Source: an uncultured Thermoanaerobaculia bacterium
Lineage (GTDB): Bacteria; Acidobacteriota; Thermoanaerobaculia; Multivoradales; JAGPDF01
Assembly (NCBI GenBank): GCA_964618415.1
Contig: CAZUAT010000007.1
Span: 929-64,928 of the forward strand
Length of the DNA: 64,000 bases
Direction of reading: 5' to 3'
In this document: piece by piece, positions 35,796-45,771 of the stretch
How positions within the stretch are numbered: the stretch's first letter is position 1
Layout of the letters: every line of letters begins with the position of its first letter
Translations under genes and position numbers: made by a program
The notes under the pieces: model-generated
The model's database searches: none
The model's input: the letters and a program-made list of their open reading frames with translations, nothing else
What the model was told of the DNA's origin: nothing

Positions 35796-36851
35796 GTGCT
35801 GTTCTCGCGCTCGAAGGGTCTGGTTGGACTCGATATCGGCAGTTCGGCGCTCAAACTGGTCGAGCTCCACGAGAAGAAGGGCGAGTATTGGCTCCAGCGC
35901 CTGGGGGTCGAGCCCCTGTCGCCGGAGGCGATCGTCGACGGCTCGATCATGGACTCCGCGCTCGTGGTCGATGCCCTGAACCGGCTGATCGCCGCGACCG
36001 GGGTCAAGACCCCGAGTTTCGCCACCTCGCTGTCCGGTCACTCCGTCATCATCAAGAAGATCCAGGTGCCGGCGATGGCCTCGGAGGATCTCTCGGAGCA
36101 GATCCGGTGGGAGGCCGAGCAGTACATCCCGTTCGACATCAATGACGTCCGTCTCGACTACATCGTCCTCTCGGAGGGCGAGCCGGGTCGCGACAACATG
36201 GACGTGCTGCTGGTCGCCGTCAAGCGGGACAAGGTCAACGACTACGTCTCGGTGATCGGCCAGGCCGGCCGCGTCGCGACCCTGGTGGACGTCGACGCGT
36301 TCGCGATCCAGAACGCCTACGAGGTCAACTACGACCTCGATCACTCGAAGGTCGTGGCGCTGGTCAACATGGGCGCCAGCGTGACCAACATCAACATTCT
36401 CGTGCGCGGCCAGACCGCGTTCTGGCGCGACATCTCCTCGGCGGGCAACGGCTTCACGGAGGCGCTGCAGCGTGAGTTCAACCTGTCGTTCGAGCAGGCC
36501 GAGCGCCTCAAGCGCGGTCAGCCGGTCGACCGGTTCCAGCCCTCCGACGCCCGTGCGGTGCTCGATGGCGTGTCGGGCGAGCTCGCGACCGAGATCCAGA
36601 AGACTTTCGACTTCTTCGCCGCGACCTCCTCGGAGGGACCGGTCGACGAGATCGTGCTGTCGGGCGGCTGCGCGCTGACCCCGAACCTGCAGCAGGTGCT
36701 GCGCGAGCGGTTCGGAGTGCCGATCGAAGTGTTGGATCCGCTGCGCCGGATCCACTACCGCGACGGCGACTTCGACCGCGACTGGCTGCGCTCGATCTCG
36801 CCGATGCTGGCGGTTGCGGTGGGGCTGGCTGTCCGGAAGGCGGGAGGCTGA
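35796..36851 (+). CDS. pilM: Type IV pilus assembly protein PilM
   Basis: LVGLDIGSSALKLVEL, VIIKKI, EAEQYIPFDIN.V.LDY, VLLVAVK, DVDAFA, LVNMGAS, IVLSGGCA. Confidence 0.95.
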   Translation: MLFSRSKGLVGLDIGSSALKLVELHEKKGEYWLQRLGVEPLSPEAIVDGSIMDSALVVDALNRLIAATGVKTPSFATSLSGHSVIIKKIQVPAMASEDLSEQIRWEAEQYIPFDINDVRLDYIVLSEGEPGRDNMDVLLVAVKRDKVNDYVSVIGQAGRVATLVDVDAFAIQNAYEVNYDLDHSKVVALVNMGASVTNINILVRGQTAFWRDISSAGNGFTEALQREFNLSFEQAERLKRGQPVDRFQPSDARAVLDGVSGELATEIQKTFDFFAATSSEGPVDEIVLSGGCALTPNLQQVLRERFGVPIEVLDPLRRIHYRDGDFDRDWLRSISPMLAVAVGLAVRKAGG

Positions 36852-36855
36852 GCTC

Positions 36856-37491
36856 ATGCTCAAGATCAATCTGCTCGCCGAGGGAAAGCGCCCGGTCGTC
36901 GCTCGCAAGAAGGCGGCGACTTCGGGCGGCGGCGCCGGTAGCAGCGGCGACCTCGGGAACTACCTGCTCATTGCTGGGATCGTGCTCGGCCTGTTGGTGA
37001 CGGCCGGCTGGTGGCTGATGCTCAGCAACCGGATCTCTAACAAGCAGGAACAGATCGCGGAAGCGAAGCGCGAGGTCGAGGAGCTCAAGGCCGTCATCAA
37101 GGAGGTCGAGGAGTACAAGCGCAAGAAGGCCGACCTCGAGCGCAAGATTCAGATCATCAACGATCTGAAGGCCAATCAGCGCGGTCCCGTCCAGATCATG
37201 GACGAGGTCTCCAAGGGCCTGCCGGAGCTGCTGTGGCTGACCAGCCTCGAGACCACCAACACGAACGTGAGCCTGCGCGGATCGGCGTTCAACATGTCGG
37301 CCGTGGCCAACCTGATCGACAACCTCGACCGGGTGGAGGCTTTCGGCGAGCCGATTCTCCAGGACGCCACGCAGCGAGCGGGCCGTGGTGCGCGGACCGA
37401 GGTCTACGACTTCCGGCTCTCCTTCCCGTACTCATTCAAGGCGCCTGCGGCGGCGCCGGCCGACGGGGCCGGCGCTCCGGCGGCGCGCTGA
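36856..37491 (+). CDS. pilN: Type IV pilus assembly protein PilN
   Basis: MLKINLL, transmembrane helix, coiled coil, LPELLWLTSL; operon position. Confidence 0.92.
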   Translation: MLKINLLAEGKRPVVARKKAATSGGGAGSSGDLGNYLLIAGIVLGLLVTAGWWLMLSNRISNKQEQIAEAKREVEELKAVIKEVEEYKRKKADLERKIQIINDLKANQRGPVQIMDEVSKGLPELLWLTSLETTNTNVSLRGSAFNMSAVANLIDNLDRVEAFGEPILQDATQRAGRGARTEVYDFRLSFPYSFKAPAAAPADGAGAPAAR

Positions 37492-37504
37492 TCGGAGACC
37501 GACG

Positions 37505-38122
37505 ATGGCATTTCAGACCGGACTCGAAGGCAAGCCCGCCTGGCAAGGCGGCCTGGTCGGCCTGCTCGTCGCGGCGCTCCTGGTCGGCGGTACGTACTGG
37601 CTGAAGTTCAAGGGACAGTACGAGCAGCTCGAGCGGATGGAGACCGAGTACCAGGGCCTGCAGCAGACGATCGCCGAAGGCCGCGCCGCCAAGGCCAAGC
37701 TCCCGCAGTTCCGCGAGGAGGTTCGCCGACTCGAGCTCGAGCTCGAGAAGCTGCTGCGCATCCTTCCCGCACGGCGCAACACCCCCGAGCTGCTGCGGCG
37801 CATCCGCCAGTTGACCGAACAGGGTAACTTCGACCTTCTCAAGTTCACGCCGGGCAACTTCATCGACCGCGAGTTCTACAGCGAGTGGCCGATTACCGTC
37901 CGCCTGAACGGGACGTACCACAACCTGGCGCTCTTCTTCGACCGCATCGGCCGGTTCTCCCGCATCATCAACATCGAGAACCTCAAGGTCTCGACGCAGG
38001 CGAAGTCCGCCAAGGGGCACTCGATCACCGCCTCGTTCATCGCCAAGACGTTCGTCTACAAGGAGCCGGCTCCCGACGCCGAGCCCCAGACGGCGCCGGC
38101 GGGAGGTAGGGGTAACCGATGA
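37505..38122 (+). CDS. pilO: Type IV pilus assembly protein PilO
   Basis: Transmembrane helix, coiled coil, LLRILP, FYSEWPI...L.GTYHNLA.FFDRIGRFSRIINI. Confidence 0.93.
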   Translation: MAFQTGLEGKPAWQGGLVGLLVAALLVGGTYWLKFKGQYEQLERMETEYQGLQQTIAEGRAAKAKLPQFREEVRRLELELEKLLRILPARRNTPELLRRIRQLTEQGNFDLLKFTPGNFIDREFYSEWPITVRLNGTYHNLALFFDRIGRFSRIINIENLKVSTQAKSAKGHSITASFIAKTFVYKEPAPDAEPQTAPAGGRGNR

Positions 38123-38661
38123 GACCGGACCGATTCTTGAGCCGTATCGCGCTCGCCTTGCTCGCAGGCGCGGTGTTGACGACCGGCGCGGCACGCGCCC
38201 AGGACGACGGCACCGACACCACCGCGCCGGTCGACCCGACCGCGGCGGGTGACGCCGCCATCGTGGACGCCGGAGCCCGGATCGACGAGATCCTCGAGGG
38301 CGAGGAGGCGGTGCTCCAGGGCCAGGCGTACAGCTACGACCCCGGCGACCGTCGCGACCCGTTCCGGTCGCTCGAGACCGCGCAGACGCGGCCGGAGATT
38401 CAGGGCGAGCTGCCGGAGGGCGTACCGGGACTGCTGATCGACGAGGTCGATCTGACCGGCATCTACCGCACCTCGAGCGGTTACATCGCCCAGCTGGTGT
38501 CCCCCAACAAGGATCGCAGCTACCTCGTGCGCGTCGGGGATCAGCTCTACGACGGCGACGTGGTCCGGATCAGTCAGATGGAAGTCGTGTTCAAACAGAT
38601 CGTCAACGACCCGACGGTGCTCAAGCCGTATCGGGAAGTGGTCAAGAAGCTCAGCCCTTAG
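38119..38661 (+). CDS. pilP: Type IV pilus assembly protein PilP
   Basis: YSYDPGDRRDPFRSL, LTGI, YLVRVGDQLYDG.V..I; ATGA overlap with pilO. Confidence 0.85.
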   Translation: MRPDRFLSRIALALLAGAVLTTGAARAQDDGTDTTAPVDPTAAGDAAIVDAGARIDEILEGEEAVLQGQAYSYDPGDRRDPFRSLETAQTRPEIQGELPEGVPGLLIDEVDLTGIYRTSSGYIAQLVSPNKDRSYLVRVGDQLYDGDVVRISQMEVVFKQIVNDPTVLKPYREVVKKLSP

Positions 38662-38667
38662 ACGGGG

Positions 38668-41190
38668 ATGGAGACCGTGCGAGGCGACGCTACGGAGGCG
38701 AGCGAAATGCGTGACGCCGTGATGCGAAGGATGACGAATCGGAACTTCCGGCTGGGAATCGCCATCGCGATAGCGATGCTGATCCCGGGCTGGGGCGGTG
38801 CGTCCGCAGGTGCCGATCCCGAGGCGGCCGTGTCGGCCGACTCTCCAGTCGCGACCATCTCGAAGCTGGAGGTCGTCGAAACCGCGCTCGGGGCCCAGGT
38901 CCAGATCCAGGCCGACGAGGCTCTGGTTTGGAGGTCGTTCCGGGATGCTGCCGGGCGCCTGGTCGTCGAGTTCCCCAACTCCCGGCCGACCGAAGGCCTC
39001 GCGGCCCAGCCGGGTGCGGGTGGGCTCGTCGCGGCGGTCCACGTCTCCAGTTCGGAGGTCGGGGACCGTCCCGTGACGCGGGTGACGGTCGAAACACGCG
39101 ACGCCAGCGAGCATCGCCTCGATGCCGATGCCAGCGGCGTCCGTATCGACCTGATGCGCAGCGGTGCGATTGCCGCCGCGTCGCCGTCCGCCGAGGCCGA
39201 GCCCTCACCGGACGTCGAGGAGGTGGCCGTTCAGGCGCCCGCGGCTGAGCCGGCCCCGGCCGTCGATCCGGCCCCAACGGCGGTCGCTGCAGCCTCGCCG
39301 ATGCACACGCAGGCGGGAACCGTGGACCACCCGGTGGTCGCTCCACGACCGACCGGCGCCCCGGCGACCCGTCTCGAGGGCATCGTCGAGCTGGCGCCCG
39401 GAGTCGTCCGGATCGCTGGCGACGGCGAGTTCGCCTACTCGACGTTCCGACTGGAGAACCCGGAGCGGTTCGTCATCGACCTCGACGGCGTGTTCAACGC
39501 CAGTGATCGCGGCACCGTCCCGATGGGCGGCGCCGCGGTCGACCGCGTCCGCGTCTCGCAGTTCCGGACCGATCCGGTCCCGGTGTCGCGCGTGGTCTTC
39601 GACCTGTCGGCGACCCAGGTGCCGGCGATCGAACGGACCGGCTCGGGCCTCGTGGTCCGATTCGGCGAGCGGATCGCGGACACTCCGGCGCCCGCTGCGT
39701 ACGAGCCGGTGGCTGCCGTCGCCGCGCCGGTCGAGCCGGAGCCGGAGGAAGAGGTCGTCGCCGTCGCGCCCGCGCCGGTACCGGCCCCGGCCCCGGCGCC
39801 GGTCGCCGTGGCTGCGGCTCCGGCGGCAGCTCCCGCGACGGTCGCCGACTTCGAGGCGGCCGACATGCAGGGTTCGACGACGCTTGGCAGCGCCGGAGCG
39901 CCGGTTCAGGCTCCCCCGACGCTGGCCTCGATCGAGGCCGGGCAGACCCTGACCGGGGCGAAGAAGGAGTACTACGGCGAGCCGATCAGCATGACGCTGC
40001 GCGACGCTGACGTGCGCGAGGTGCTGCGCTCGTTCGCCCGCATCTCCGGCCTCAACGTCGTCATCCAGCCCGGCGTCAAGGGCACGGTGACCGTCGAACT
40101 CGAGCGGGTGCCGTGGGACCAGGCGCTCGATCAGATCCTCAAGATCAACGGCCTCGGCTACGAGCTCGACGGCAACATCATGCGCATCGCCCCAGTCGAC
40201 GTGCTCGAGCAGGAGGCCCGTCGGGCTCAGGCCCTGCAGCAGGCGCAGGCGCTCTCGATTCCGCTGCGCACCGTCGTCAAGCGGCTTTCCTACTCGACCG
40301 CGGGTGAGGTCGCCGGCCTGCTCAGCCAGGGCGGCGCCGGTGGCATCCTGTCGCAGCGCGGCACGGTGATCATCGACGGCCGCACCAACACGCTGGTGAT
40401 CAAGGAGCTGCCGAGCTACATGGACACCGTGCTCGCGGTCATCGACACCCTGGACGTGCCGGAACCCCAGGTGATGATCGAAGCCAAGATCATCGAGACC
40501 ACGAAGCAGTTCAGCCGCTCGCTCGGTATCAGCTGGGGCTTCGATGGCGTGGCCGACGCCGCGCACGGCAACTCGACGACGCTGCAGTTCCCCAACCACG
40601 GCACGGTCGACGGCGGCGTCGGGCTGCTCACCGGCGGCGCCAACGGGTTCATCGACATGACTCTCGGCAACGTGCTCGACACGTTCACGCTCAACGCCCG
40701 CCTCCAGGTGGCCGAGAGCGAGGGCCTGGTGACGGTCCTGTCGGCGCCGAAGATCTCGACACTGAACAACAACGCAGCGTCGATTCAAAGCGGCGTCCAG
40801 CTGCCGATCCAGACGGTGGCCAACAACACGGTCACTGTCCAGTTCGTCAACGCCACGCTGCGGCTCGACGTCACGCCGCATGTGACCGCCGAGGGGACGA
40901 TCCTGATGGACATCAACGTCCAGAAGCGCGAGCCGCAGCTGGCCTTCATCGTCCCCGGCGCGTCGAACGCCCCGATCTCCACCAAGGAAGCACGGACGCG
41001 CGTCATCGTCCGCGACGGTGGGACCACGGTCATCGGCGGCATCTACAAGGTGTCCAACGACAATGGCCAGGATCGCGTTCCCGGCCTGTCCAACGTGCCG
41101 CTGCTCGGGCATCTGTTCAAGAACCGCCGGATGCGGAACGAGAACGACGAGATGCTGATCTTCATCACCCCACGGGTCATCAAGCTCTGA
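38668..41190 (+). CDS. pilQ: Type IV pilus secretin PilQ with two AMIN-like domains
   Basis: Two AMIN-like domains (RLVVEFPN; RFVIDL), Pro/Ala-rich linker, GEPISMTLRDADVREVLR, VPWDQALD, DGRTNTLVI, PQVMIEAKI, SAPKI.T, IGGIYK, PGLSNVPLLGHLFK, EMLIFITPRV. Start could be a later Met. Confidence 0.96.
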   Translation: METVRGDATEASEMRDAVMRRMTNRNFRLGIAIAIAMLIPGWGGASAGADPEAAVSADSPVATISKLEVVETALGAQVQIQADEALVWRSFRDAAGRLVVEFPNSRPTEGLAAQPGAGGLVAAVHVSSSEVGDRPVTRVTVETRDASEHRLDADASGVRIDLMRSGAIAAASPSAEAEPSPDVEEVAVQAPAAEPAPAVDPAPTAVAAASPMHTQAGTVDHPVVAPRPTGAPATRLEGIVELAPGVVRIAGDGEFAYSTFRLENPERFVIDLDGVFNASDRGTVPMGGAAVDRVRVSQFRTDPVPVSRVVFDLSATQVPAIERTGSGLVVRFGERIADTPAPAAYEPVAAVAAPVEPEPEEEVVAVAPAPVPAPAPAPVAVAAAPAAAPATVADFEAADMQGSTTLGSAGAPVQAPPTLASIEAGQTLTGAKKEYYGEPISMTLRDADVREVLRSFARISGLNVVIQPGVKGTVTVELERVPWDQALDQILKINGLGYELDGNIMRIAPVDVLEQEARRAQALQQAQALSIPLRTVVKRLSYSTAGEVAGLLSQGGAGGILSQRGTVIIDGRTNTLVIKELPSYMDTVLAVIDTLDVPEPQVMIEAKIIETTKQFSRSLGISWGFDGVADAAHGNSTTLQFPNHGTVDGGVGLLTGGANGFIDMTLGNVLDTFTLNARLQVAESEGLVTVLSAPKISTLNNNAASIQSGVQLPIQTVANNTVTVQFVNATLRLDVTPHVTAEGTILMDINVQKREPQLAFIVPGASNAPISTKEARTRVIVRDGGTTVIGGIYKVSNDNGQDRVPGLSNVPLLGHLFKNRRMRNENDEMLIFITPRVIKL

Positions 41191-41212
41191 GCGACCCGGG
41201 GAGGAGCCAGAT

Positions 41213-41758
41213 ATGAACCGCTTCGTCAAGTTGCTCGCTCTTACGCTCGTCGCTGTGGTCGGACTCGGCTGCGAGAGCCGCACCGACAAGGTGGACGCCG
41301 GAGGCGTCATCCTCTCGGTCACCGACTTCGACGGTCTGCCGATCTCGATCAGTGCCTCGGGTTCGTTCCCGCTCGTTCAGGTGGAAACGATCACGGTCAC
41401 CAACGTCACGCGGAACAATTCACAGCCGACCAGTGACCTGATGAACGTGGAGATCCACAGCTACGAGGTATCGTTTACCCGTGAGGACACGGGGACGCGG
41501 GTCCCGCCGGTGCTGGTCAATCACATCTTCGGCATTGCGCCGGCCAACGGTACCTTCACGCTCGACGGTGGGCCGATCCTGCGTACCGACCAGTTCAACC
41601 ACGCGCCGATCAAGGATCTCATCGACTACGGCCGCGACACGGAGACCAACACGCAGGTCGTCCGGCTCAAGGTCGCGATCCAGTTCTTCGGTCGCACGCT
41701 CAGTGGCGACCCGGTCGCATCCGCGCCCGCATACTTCACACTCGAAGTCTTTCCCTGA
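41213..41758 (+). CDS. Hypothetical beta-rich lipoprotein immediately downstream of pilQ
   Basis: Lipobox VGLG-C; GGAGGAG SD; alternating beta pattern; ends FFGRTLSGDPV...YFTLEVFP. Confidence 0.8.
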   Translation: MNRFVKLLALTLVAVVGLGCESRTDKVDAGGVILSVTDFDGLPISISASGSFPLVQVETITVTNVTRNNSQPTSDLMNVEIHSYEVSFTREDTGTRVPPVLVNHIFGIAPANGTFTLDGGPILRTDQFNHAPIKDLIDYGRDTETNTQVVRLKVAIQFFGRTLSGDPVASAPAYFTLEVFP

Positions 41759-41779
41759 GGTCGCGGGAGGCGAACGGAT

Positions 41780-42274
41780 ATGAACGCACGCAAGATGTTT
41801 CTGCTCTCGGCCGCGATCGTGGCAGGTCTGGTGCCCGCAGCCTGCGATACGAACGAGGCCAAGCTGCCCAGCCAGCCGCGGGTGCAGCCCGTCCAGCCGG
41901 AGGTGGTGCCGATCGTCACGGTGACGACCAGCCGCGGCCGCCTGCTGGTCAACGACGATCGCTTCGCCATGATCAAGGTGACCGCGACCGATCCACGGAC
42001 CAACTACACGGTACCCAATCTGACTCTGGCTGCCCTGACCACCAACCTGGGCAACTTCCAGAGCCAGGGCGGGCCTCAGGAGGTCGAGCTGGAGTTCTTC
42101 TGGGGCGAGATCAACGTTCCGCTCTTTGCCGGTGGCACGCCGGGCGACGCCCGGGTCCGAGCCGAGGTCAACGGCGGAGTCGGCATCGTCCCGGTCCGCA
42201 TCGTCTGCCCGTCGGAGGGTTGCGGTGGAGGCACGGGTGAGGCGCCGCCGGAAGGGGACATCTCCTACTTCTGA
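41780..42274 (+). CDS. Hypothetical lipoprotein with one Ig-like (Big_1/invasin-type) domain
   Basis: Lipobox PAA-C; IKVTATDP....VPN...LTTNLGNF ... GDARVRAEVNG; GGGAGG SD. Confidence 0.75.
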   Translation: MNARKMFLLSAAIVAGLVPAACDTNEAKLPSQPRVQPVQPEVVPIVTVTTSRGRLLVNDDRFAMIKVTATDPRTNYTVPNLTLAALTTNLGNFQSQGGPQEVELEFFWGEINVPLFAGGTPGDARVRAEVNGGVGIVPVRIVCPSEGCGGGTGEAPPEGDISYF

Positions 42275-42474
42275 GTCGCGTTTCGCGACCAGCCCGCAGC
42301 ATTCGACCCGGCCCGTCGGGCGCCCCGGAGGCGCGCGGCGGGCCGCCGTCGTTCTTGGGGAACAGTCGTTTGGGTCCCCATCCAGCTGCAGGCGCTCCGG
42401 CCGCGCGGCGGCCTGTGGGCGCGGCGTCTGAGAGGCGGTTTGCGCGGGCGGGCGGTTTGCATAGAGTAGCCAGG

Positions 42475-43392
42475 ATGACGCTCAAGACCTTCGCGCGGGC
42501 CGTGTTTGCTTTCTCTGGAATCGCTCTCCTCGCCTGTGACGAGGGTACGCCTGTGGCGCCGCAGGGAATGGTGCTGCAGATCTCGGCGGCGCCCACCCGG
42601 ATCGCCCGTACGGGTATCTCGAACATCACCATGCAGGCGTTGCGTTCGAACGGCAACCCCGTCAACCCGGGCACCGAGATTCGCCTCTCCAGCACCATCG
42701 GCACCGTCGACCCGGTCGTCTACACCGACACGGACGGCATTGCCCGTGCCGTCTTGACCGGCGACGGCCGGGCGGGGATCGCCACCGTCAGCGCGTACTC
42801 CGGTGCCAACGACCCCGTGACCACCGAGATCGAGGTCGGTGCCCGGGCGGCGGCCATCAGCCTCAATGCCGACCCGAGCAACCTGCCACAGGAGGGCGGG
42901 GTGGTGGAGCTGATCGCGCTGGTGCGCGACGACGAGGGGCAGCCCCTGCCCGGCGCCTCGGTGAACTTCAGAACCGAGGCCGGATCGCTGCGATCCGGCG
43001 GCCGCTTCATCACCACCGACTCGCGCGGACAGGCGCGAGACGTCCTCACCGTTTCGGCCTCAGACACTCAGTCGGAGCCGGACCGTCTGATCACCGTGAC
43101 CGTCGAAGCTGGCGGGGAAGGCGGCGTGGTGACCGACTCGATCGACATCTCGATCCAGGCTCCGCCGATCGCAGCGTTCACGTTCTTCGTCTCCGGCAAC
43201 ACGGTCACCTTCACCGACACTTCGTCCGGCAATCCGACCAGCTGGAACTGGAACTTCGGCGATGGACAGTCGTCGAACGAACGCAGCCCGGTCCACCTGT
43301 ACACACTGCCCAACAGCTACATCGTGCGCCTGCGCGTCTCGAATGCCTTCGGCTCGAGCGAGGCGAGCGCGGTGGTCAACATCCTGCCCTGA
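42475..43392 (+). CDS. Lipoprotein with two Ig-like (Big_1) domains and a C-terminal PKD domain
   Basis: Lipobox LLA-C; GNPVNPGTEI...STIG, TDTDGIA; DDEGQPLPGASVNF.T..G; PKD pattern PIAAF ... VTFTDTSSG.PTSWNWNFGDG ... PVHLY. TAGAGT 7 nt before the ATG. Confidence 0.85.
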   Translation: MTLKTFARAVFAFSGIALLACDEGTPVAPQGMVLQISAAPTRIARTGISNITMQALRSNGNPVNPGTEIRLSSTIGTVDPVVYTDTDGIARAVLTGDGRAGIATVSAYSGANDPVTTEIEVGARAAAISLNADPSNLPQEGGVVELIALVRDDEGQPLPGASVNFRTEAGSLRSGGRFITTDSRGQARDVLTVSASDTQSEPDRLITVTVEAGGEGGVVTDSIDISIQAPPIAAFTFFVSGNTVTFTDTSSGNPTSWNWNFGDGQSSNERSPVHLYTLPNSYIVRLRVSNAFGSSEASAVVNILP

Positions 43393-43552
43393 TCGCCGGC
43401 GGCGGACCTGCAGCCGGCAGTACGCTCGCCGGCCGGAGGTTTGCCTCCGGACGGGCGGGTAGCCTGCCGGTGCGAAGTGCTAGAGTTACCGGAGTCATGG
43501 CCTCCCAATGCGTCCGAGCGGTCTGCCGGCGACTGGCCGGGAGCTGGTTCCG

Positions 43553-44905
43553 GTGACCGACGGCTTCTCTCCCGAACGGCTCGCCGAGTACGCGCAGCGC
43601 TGGCAGCGCGAGCCCGGGTCCCGGGTGTTCTTGCAGCTGGCCGAGGAACACCGGCGGGGCGGCCAGTTCGCCGAAGCGGTGGCCGTCCTGCGCCAGGGCC
43701 TCGAGCGCAATCCACGTCACGTTTCGGCGCTGGTCCTGCTGGGGCGATGTGAGCTCGAACGCGGCGACGCGGAGGCCGCGCGCGAGGCGCTCGAGCAGGC
43801 CGTCGTCAGCGACCCGGCGCAGCTGGTCGCCAACCGCCTCCTCGTCGACGCCTACCTCTCCCTCGGAGAGATCGACAAGGCGCGCGAACGCATCGAGTTC
43901 TACCGCCTGTTCAACGACCGCGATCCGGAGATCGACGAGCTCGACCGCCGGATCGAAACCGCGCAGCGGCAGGTGGAGGCATCCGCGGGGACGAGCGAAC
44001 CCCGAGCCGCACGTGCGGGCGGGTTCGACGCGCGGACCGAACGCGACCCGATGCCGTTTGGTCCGGTGTTCGACCCGGTGGCTGCCGGCGCTCGCATCGC
44101 CGCGGCCTTTTCTTCCGAGCAGATCTTTCCGCTCGCGCTGGCAGGCACGGCGCTGGGCGCAACCGCAGTCGCGGAGCCGCCGGCGGAAGAGGCGTCGGCC
44201 GAACTTCAGGTGGAAGCCGAGCCGGCAGCCGGCGAACCGTCCGCGCAGGAGCCGGAAGCGCCCACGTCGCGCCTCGTCTTCCGGTCGACTGCCCCCCGCA
44301 CGCCACCGCCGCCCGAGCCGGCCTCTGTAGCGGACTTCGAGGTCGAAGAGCCGGAACCGGAGTCGGAGCCGCCGGTGGCCGACCTGCCTCCCTGGGGTTC
44401 GTCGCTGCCACGCGGTGCGGAAGAGATCTTCGAGGCGCAGGCCGAGGTCATAGCCGCGCCGTTCATGCCCCGCACGATCGGCGAAGAGGTCGAGCGGGAG
44501 ATGCTCGAGGAGCCGTTCGACGAGGTGCTCACGGAGAGTTCCGTCGCCGTTCCGCTGCCGGATCGGGTCGCCGATCCGGAGCCCCCGGCGGCCGAACCGG
44601 CCAGCACCAGTGCGACTCTGGCCGAGCTCTACCTCTCGCAGGGTCACCTGGACGAGGCGGAAGCGGAGTACCGCCGCGTGCTGGCAGGGCGCCCGAATGA
44701 CGCCACGGCGCTCGCCGGCCTGGAAGAGATCTCGCGGCGCCGCCCTCGGCAGGTACCGGCGGAGGCGCCCTCGGCGGCCTGGGAGGCGCCGGAAGAGGCG
44801 ACAATTGCCGCGCCGCCGCAGGGCCTCACCGCACGCAAGCTGGCGACTCTGCGCGGCTACCTCGCGCGCGTGCGCCAGGGACGGGAGCGTGCCCGTGTAT
44901 CTTGA
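43553..44905 (+). CDS. TPR protein with acidic/Pro-rich linker and C-terminal TPR
   Basis: EPGSRVFLQLAEEHRRGG, GLERNPRHVSA.VLLGR; disordered E/P-rich middle; STSATLAELYLSQG. Start GTG 43553 (GGGAG SD) or ATG 43508. Confidence 0.8.
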   Translation: MTDGFSPERLAEYAQRWQREPGSRVFLQLAEEHRRGGQFAEAVAVLRQGLERNPRHVSALVLLGRCELERGDAEAAREALEQAVVSDPAQLVANRLLVDAYLSLGEIDKARERIEFYRLFNDRDPEIDELDRRIETAQRQVEASAGTSEPRAARAGGFDARTERDPMPFGPVFDPVAAGARIAAAFSSEQIFPLALAGTALGATAVAEPPAEEASAELQVEAEPAAGEPSAQEPEAPTSRLVFRSTAPRTPPPPEPASVADFEVEEPEPESEPPVADLPPWGSSLPRGAEEIFEAQAEVIAAPFMPRTIGEEVEREMLEEPFDEVLTESSVAVPLPDRVADPEPPAAEPASTSATLAELYLSQGHLDEAEAEYRRVLAGRPNDATALAGLEEISRRRPRQVPAEAPSAAWEAPEEATIAAPPQGLTARKLATLRGYLARVRQGRERARVS

Positions 44906-45251
44906 GCGCCTCTCCGCGATCAGCAACCGGGTCGACGGCACACTCGCGCTGTCGCTGGTCGCTGGCGACGGGATGCCGGTCGAGTCGTTCTCTGCCGATC
45001 CGGATCTCGATCTCGAATCGATCGCTGCCGAGCTGGTCGCGCAGGCGCGCACGATCGTGCAGCAGCAGCGCGAGTTGGCCGTCGGTGGTGTGCGGCAGCT
45101 GACCATCGTGGGCGACGCGCTGACGTTCGTGCTTTCCGCGCTCGGCGGCGGTCACTGGCTGCTCGCCGCTCTACGCCCCGAGGCTTCGCTCGGCCGGGCG
45201 CGTTTCGAACTCAAGCGCGCAAGGCTGCTGTTCGCCGACGACCTGGAATGA
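44895..45251 (+). CDS. Roadblock/LC7-domain protein (MglB/MglC-like)
   Basis: 118 aa; LSAISNRVDG.LA.SLVAGDGMPVE ... LGGGHWLLAAL...ASLGRARFEL; overlaps the TPR gene end. Confidence 0.8.
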   Translation: MYLERLSAISNRVDGTLALSLVAGDGMPVESFSADPDLDLESIAAELVAQARTIVQQQRELAVGGVRQLTIVGDALTFVLSALGGGHWLLAALRPEASLGRARFELKRARLLFADDLE

Positions 45252-45300
45252 TCTGTCCAACGCTCCAGACCCTGCAACGACACTTCCGACCGGTTCAGCC

Positions 45301-45771
45301 ATGTTGACCTTCGAACAGATCAAGGAACTCATCGAGTTGGTCGCCAGTCGGCGACTCCACGGCCTGGAGATCGAGCGCTCCGGCTTCGCGCTTCGGATCA
45401 CCGGCGAGCACGGAGGCGCGGCGGTCGCCGCGCCTGTCTCCGATGGCGGGCGCGCGCCGGTGGCCGAAGCGGTCGTCTCCGCGCCCGCCCCGACCGCCGA
45501 GCCCGCACTGCCCTCGCCGCCCGCGGCCGACGTGCACGTCGTCAACTCGCCCATCGTCGGCACCTTCTATGCCGCTCCTAGCCCGGATGCGCCGCCGTTC
45601 GTCAAGCTGGGCGATCGGGTCCGCAAGGGCCAGGTGCTCTGCATCGTGGAGGCGATGAAACTGATGAACGAGATCGAGTGCGACGCTGACGGAGTGGTGG
45701 CCGAGATCTATCCGAAGAATGGTCAGCCGGTCGAGTTCGGCGAGCCGCTGTTCGGGCTGCGGGCCGACTGA
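45301..45771 (+). CDS. accB: Acetyl-CoA carboxylase biotin carboxyl carrier protein
   Basis: IKELIELV, SPIVGTFY.AP.P, biotinylation motif VEAMKLMNEI. Confidence 0.97.
   Translation: MLTFEQIKELIELVASRRLHGLEIERSGFALRITGEHGGAAVAAPVSDGGRAPVAEAVVSAPAPTAEPALPSPPAADVHVVNSPIVGTFYAAPSPDAPPFVKLGDRVRKGQVLCIVEAMKLMNEIECDADGVVAEIYPKNGQPVEFGEPLFGLRAD

Noticed and set aside
39690-39960. Pro/Ala/Glu-rich low-complexity stretch in pilQ (also in the TPR gene at about 44150-44600)
   Set aside because: Typical disordered linkers, not DNA-level repeats.
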